From Candidatus Bathyarchaeota archaeon (lineage in GTDB: Archaea > Thermoproteota > Bathyarchaeia > TCS64), in NCBI GenBank assembly GCA_963771885.1, contig CAVYVF010000022.1:224001-288000 (forward strand): a DNA stretch of 64,000 nt, written 5' to 3'. Shown here piece after piece: positions 61,478 to 64,000 of this stretch; positions within the stretch are counted from its first letter, which is position 1; each line of letters starts with the position of its first letter. The notes under the pieces were generated by a model. That model made no database searches. It had not been told where the DNA came from and worked only from the letters and a program-made list of their open reading frames with translations. Both the position numbers and the translations under genes were made by a program.

Positions 61478-62112
61478 ACCTCGCCGAGGATCAGTGCGAT
61501 CACCGCGACGAAGACGCCGGCAACCACCATCTGCAGTCCCGCTACTACGGCTCGCTTCTCACTTAATCTTCCAAGGAAAACGCCCAAGACGAATAATACG
61601 AGGAGGCTCGCCCCGATGCTCACGTAGAACGCGAGCTGGATCGGCATGAGGCCGAGCATCGTGAGGGCAAAGGGGATTATGCAGGGGAGGGAGGCGAGGA
61701 AGGGCGCCGAGCCGTCTATAACCGCGGCGAAGACAGAGACGAAGCGGGATGCCCGGCCGTACATTGTCGCACCCATGTCGATCAGCATCGCGTCCTCGAG
61801 CTCGTTCAGGCTCCTCGCCCTCTCGGCGCTCTCCGTCATGTAGGTGCCAGAGAAGCCAGAGACCGCCATGGCGACTCCGCTCATCAGTATGACGTTTATG
61901 ACGATGTGAGGGTCGCTTAACGCAGCGATATAACTGCCGATTACGACGCCGAGACTGGTCATCGCGCCGTCAAAGGCGTTCATAACGAAGTAGCGGCGGA
62001 GGATCCCCTTGGCGCGGGTAACCTGAAGGTACTCTGCGATGTTCTCTCTATAACCGCTTATAATGGCGCCGAGGTCCCAATGGGACGGCTCCCCGGCTTC
62101 CGAACTACCCAA
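61474..62112 (-). CDS. VIT1/CCC1-family (Fe/Mn) transporter-like membrane protein
   Basis: RRYFVMNAFDG, SG..GTYMTE.AER; multiple TM segments. Confidence 0.82.
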   Translation of the reverse strand: MGSSEAGEPSHWDLGAIISGYRENIAEYLQVTRAKGILRRYFVMNAFDGAMTSLGVVIGSYIAALSDPHIVINVILMSGVAMAVSGFSGTYMTESAERARSLNELEDAMLIDMGATMYGRASRFVSVFAAVIDGSAPFLASLPCIIPFALTMLGLMPIQLAFYVSIGASLLVLFVLGVFLGRLSEKRAVVAGLQMVVAGVFVAVIALILGEV

Positions 62113-62330
62113 TTAGGCTCTATGCACTCCTGGGGCCGGCGTCCGTCGGCCCGACGGGAGAATACTCTCCTACGAGAATACTCTACGCTCAGGCGTATAT
62201 GAGGGGCGGGCGATATTAAGAGTTATGAATTTCGAAAACTCGCGTGAATGAGGATGAAAGGTCTTAATATCAACCACCCAAGTGTAATAGCCGCAAACCC
62301 CCGAACAGTGGTTCGGAGGATTGAGCAAAA

Positions 62331-62591
62331 ATGAAGAGACTCGGTATCAAGTTTTTAGTTCTAGACGTTTTGAAGCCACACCAACCACCGCTGGCGGAGT
62401 TCGCGGAATACATAGGGGAGCTGAAGCCCATCACGAAGGTCGACGTCGGCCTCGAGGAGATTGATGAGAGGACTGAAAGCCTCAAGGTAACCGTCGAGGG
62501 GAACAGCATCGACTTCGATGAGCTCAAGGAGCACATAGCGCGCATAGGGGCCGTCGTCCACAGCGTCGATAAAGTGGTAGTCGCAGAGTAG
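62331..62591 (+). CDS. DUF211-family protein
   Basis: LVLDVLKPHQP...GAVVHSVD. Confidence 0.85.
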   Translation: MKRLGIKFLVLDVLKPHQPPLAEFAEYIGELKPITKVDVGLEEIDERTESLKVTVEGNSIDFDELKEHIARIGAVVHSVDKVVVAE

Positions 62592-62594
62592 GGA

Positions 62595-63393
62595 TTATTG
62601 AGGCTTGTAGGCCTCGACTGTGACGCTCTTGACCTTGAAGTCGATGTCGTACTCGCTGGTGTCATAGAAGGACTCTTTGAGTATCTTAGGCGTCTTGAAG
62701 CCTGCTGCCTCGATGTACTTTATGTACTCCTCCTGCGGGAGGGCGCCTGAGACACAGCTGGCCCAGGAGTCGAGGTCCTTCCTGATCTCCTCGGGTATCC
62801 TTCCCTCCGTGACTATGTCGCTTACGGTTATCCTGCCTCCGGGCTTGAGGACGCGGTGCGCCTCGCGGAAGACCTGCGCTTTGTCTGGACTGAGGTTGAT
62901 GACGCAGTTACTGATTATCGCGTCGATTAGTGGCGTCTTCGATCGGCATCTGCTCTATCTCGCCGAGGCGGAACTCGACGTTCTCGAAGCCGTACTCTTC
63001 AGCGGCCTCCTTCGCCCTCCTGATCATCGATTCGTTCATGTCTACGCCGTAGACTTTGCCCTTGGAGCCGACCTTCTTCGCGGCGAGGAAGACGTCTATG
63101 CCTCCGCCGCTGCCGAGGTCGAGGACGGTCTCGCCCGCCTTGAGCCCTACATAGCCCACGGGGGAGCCGCAGCCGAGGCCCAGTATCGCCTCCTGGGGTA
63201 TCTCCTCCAGCTCCTTGACGTTGTAGCCGATCATGGCGGCAGCCTGCTTGGGGTCTCCGCCGCCGCAGCAGCTTGCCTCCTCGCTGCCGCAGCCACAGCC
63301 GCTGTCGCCGCACCCGCAGCCGGTGTTCCTGCTCTCGGCCACAGCCGTGTACCTCGCCTTTACGGCTTCCTTGATCTCCTTCGCGCTCGCCAT
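62595..63393 (-). CDS. arsM: Arsenite methyltransferase; +1 frameshift near 62928
   Basis: [17 protein letters not shown], then [14 protein letters not shown] in shifted frame. Confidence 0.88.
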
Positions 63394-63487
63394 TATGGTT
63401 CTCAAGAGGCTACCGCAGCTACATATTTAAAAATATTGATATGAATACGCGTAAGGCTTTTCAAGGCACCCACCCCTCGCTCAACCC

Positions 63488-64000
63488 ATGAGGGAGACCT
63501 GCGGCTGGGGCACCGGCGACCTCGAGATGGAGGCCTACCACGACTGCGAGTGGGGCGTACCCGTCCACGACGACCGCCTACACTTCGAGTTCATAGTCCT
63601 TGAGGGCGCCCAGGCGGGGCTGAGCTGGCGCACGGTCCTCCACAGGCGCCCTGCCTACAGGGAGGCCTACGACAATTTCGACCCCGCCAAGGTATCGAAG
63701 TACACCGACACAGACGTTGAGAGGATCATGGCGCACCCAGGGGTCATCCGCAACCGCAGGAAGATCGAGTCTGCGATCCAGAACGCCCGCGCCTTCCTCG
63801 CCGTCCAGAAGGAGTTTGGCACATTTGACGAGTACATCTGGGGCTTCGTCGGCGGCAAGCAGAAGCTGAACTCATTCACGAGTTTCAAGGAGATGCCCGC
63901 CGAGACCGAGGAGAGCAGAGCCATGAGCAAGGACTTAAAGAGGAGGGGCTTCAACTTCGTCGGCCCCACGATCTGCTATGCCTACATGCAAGCGGCCGGC
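63488..64000 (+). CDS. tag: DNA-3-methyladenine glycosylase I, 3'-partial
   Basis: Manual translation: CGW, YHD.EWG.P, LEGAQAGLSW, IRNR.KI, FVGPTICYAYMQA; absent from ORF track. Confidence 0.93.
   Translation, partial: MRETCGWGTGDLEMEAYHDCEWGVPVHDDRLHFEFIVLEGAQAGLSWRTVLHRRPAYREAYDNFDPAKVSKYTDTDVERIMAHPGVIRNRRKIESAIQNARAFLAVQKEFGTFDEYIWGFVGGKQKLNSFTSFKEMPAETEESRAMSKDLKRRGFNFVGPTICYAYMQAAG

Noticed and set aside
1..64000. CRISPR arrays, transposases, integrases, defence islands, rRNA
   Set aside because: No regularly spaced repeats or recognisable motifs seen by eye

Overview
Gene-dense, GC-rich archaeal chromosome segment. TFB, eS26, ABCE1, a BHB tRNA intron and an arcadin-1-like gene point to a TACK archaeon, most likely Bathyarchaeia (inference). 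It is mostly housekeeping and metabolic: purine biosynthesis (purC-purF, purE, purS-L-Q, a second PurF), prs, trx-trxB-rnz, iscS-iscU, argS, nrdJ with cobO, xylB-xylA, an isolated A/V-ATPase I+K pair, DNA repair genes, transporters and two tRNA-Arg genes. I found no CRISPR array, transposase or integrase. Seven genes carry single-base indels that look like sequencing errors. The best leads are an IscS with Asp at the PLP lysine followed by IscU and an unannotated Cys-rich 46-aa protein; a kinase/NDT-fold fusion upstream of nrdJ-cobO; a PurF paralog without the catalytic Cys; a flap-less HMG-CoA reductase; a palindrome shared by two pur operons; a structured leader before a VIT1 metal transporter; and a probable ACG start codon. 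All family calls come from recognising motifs by eye; no searches were run.
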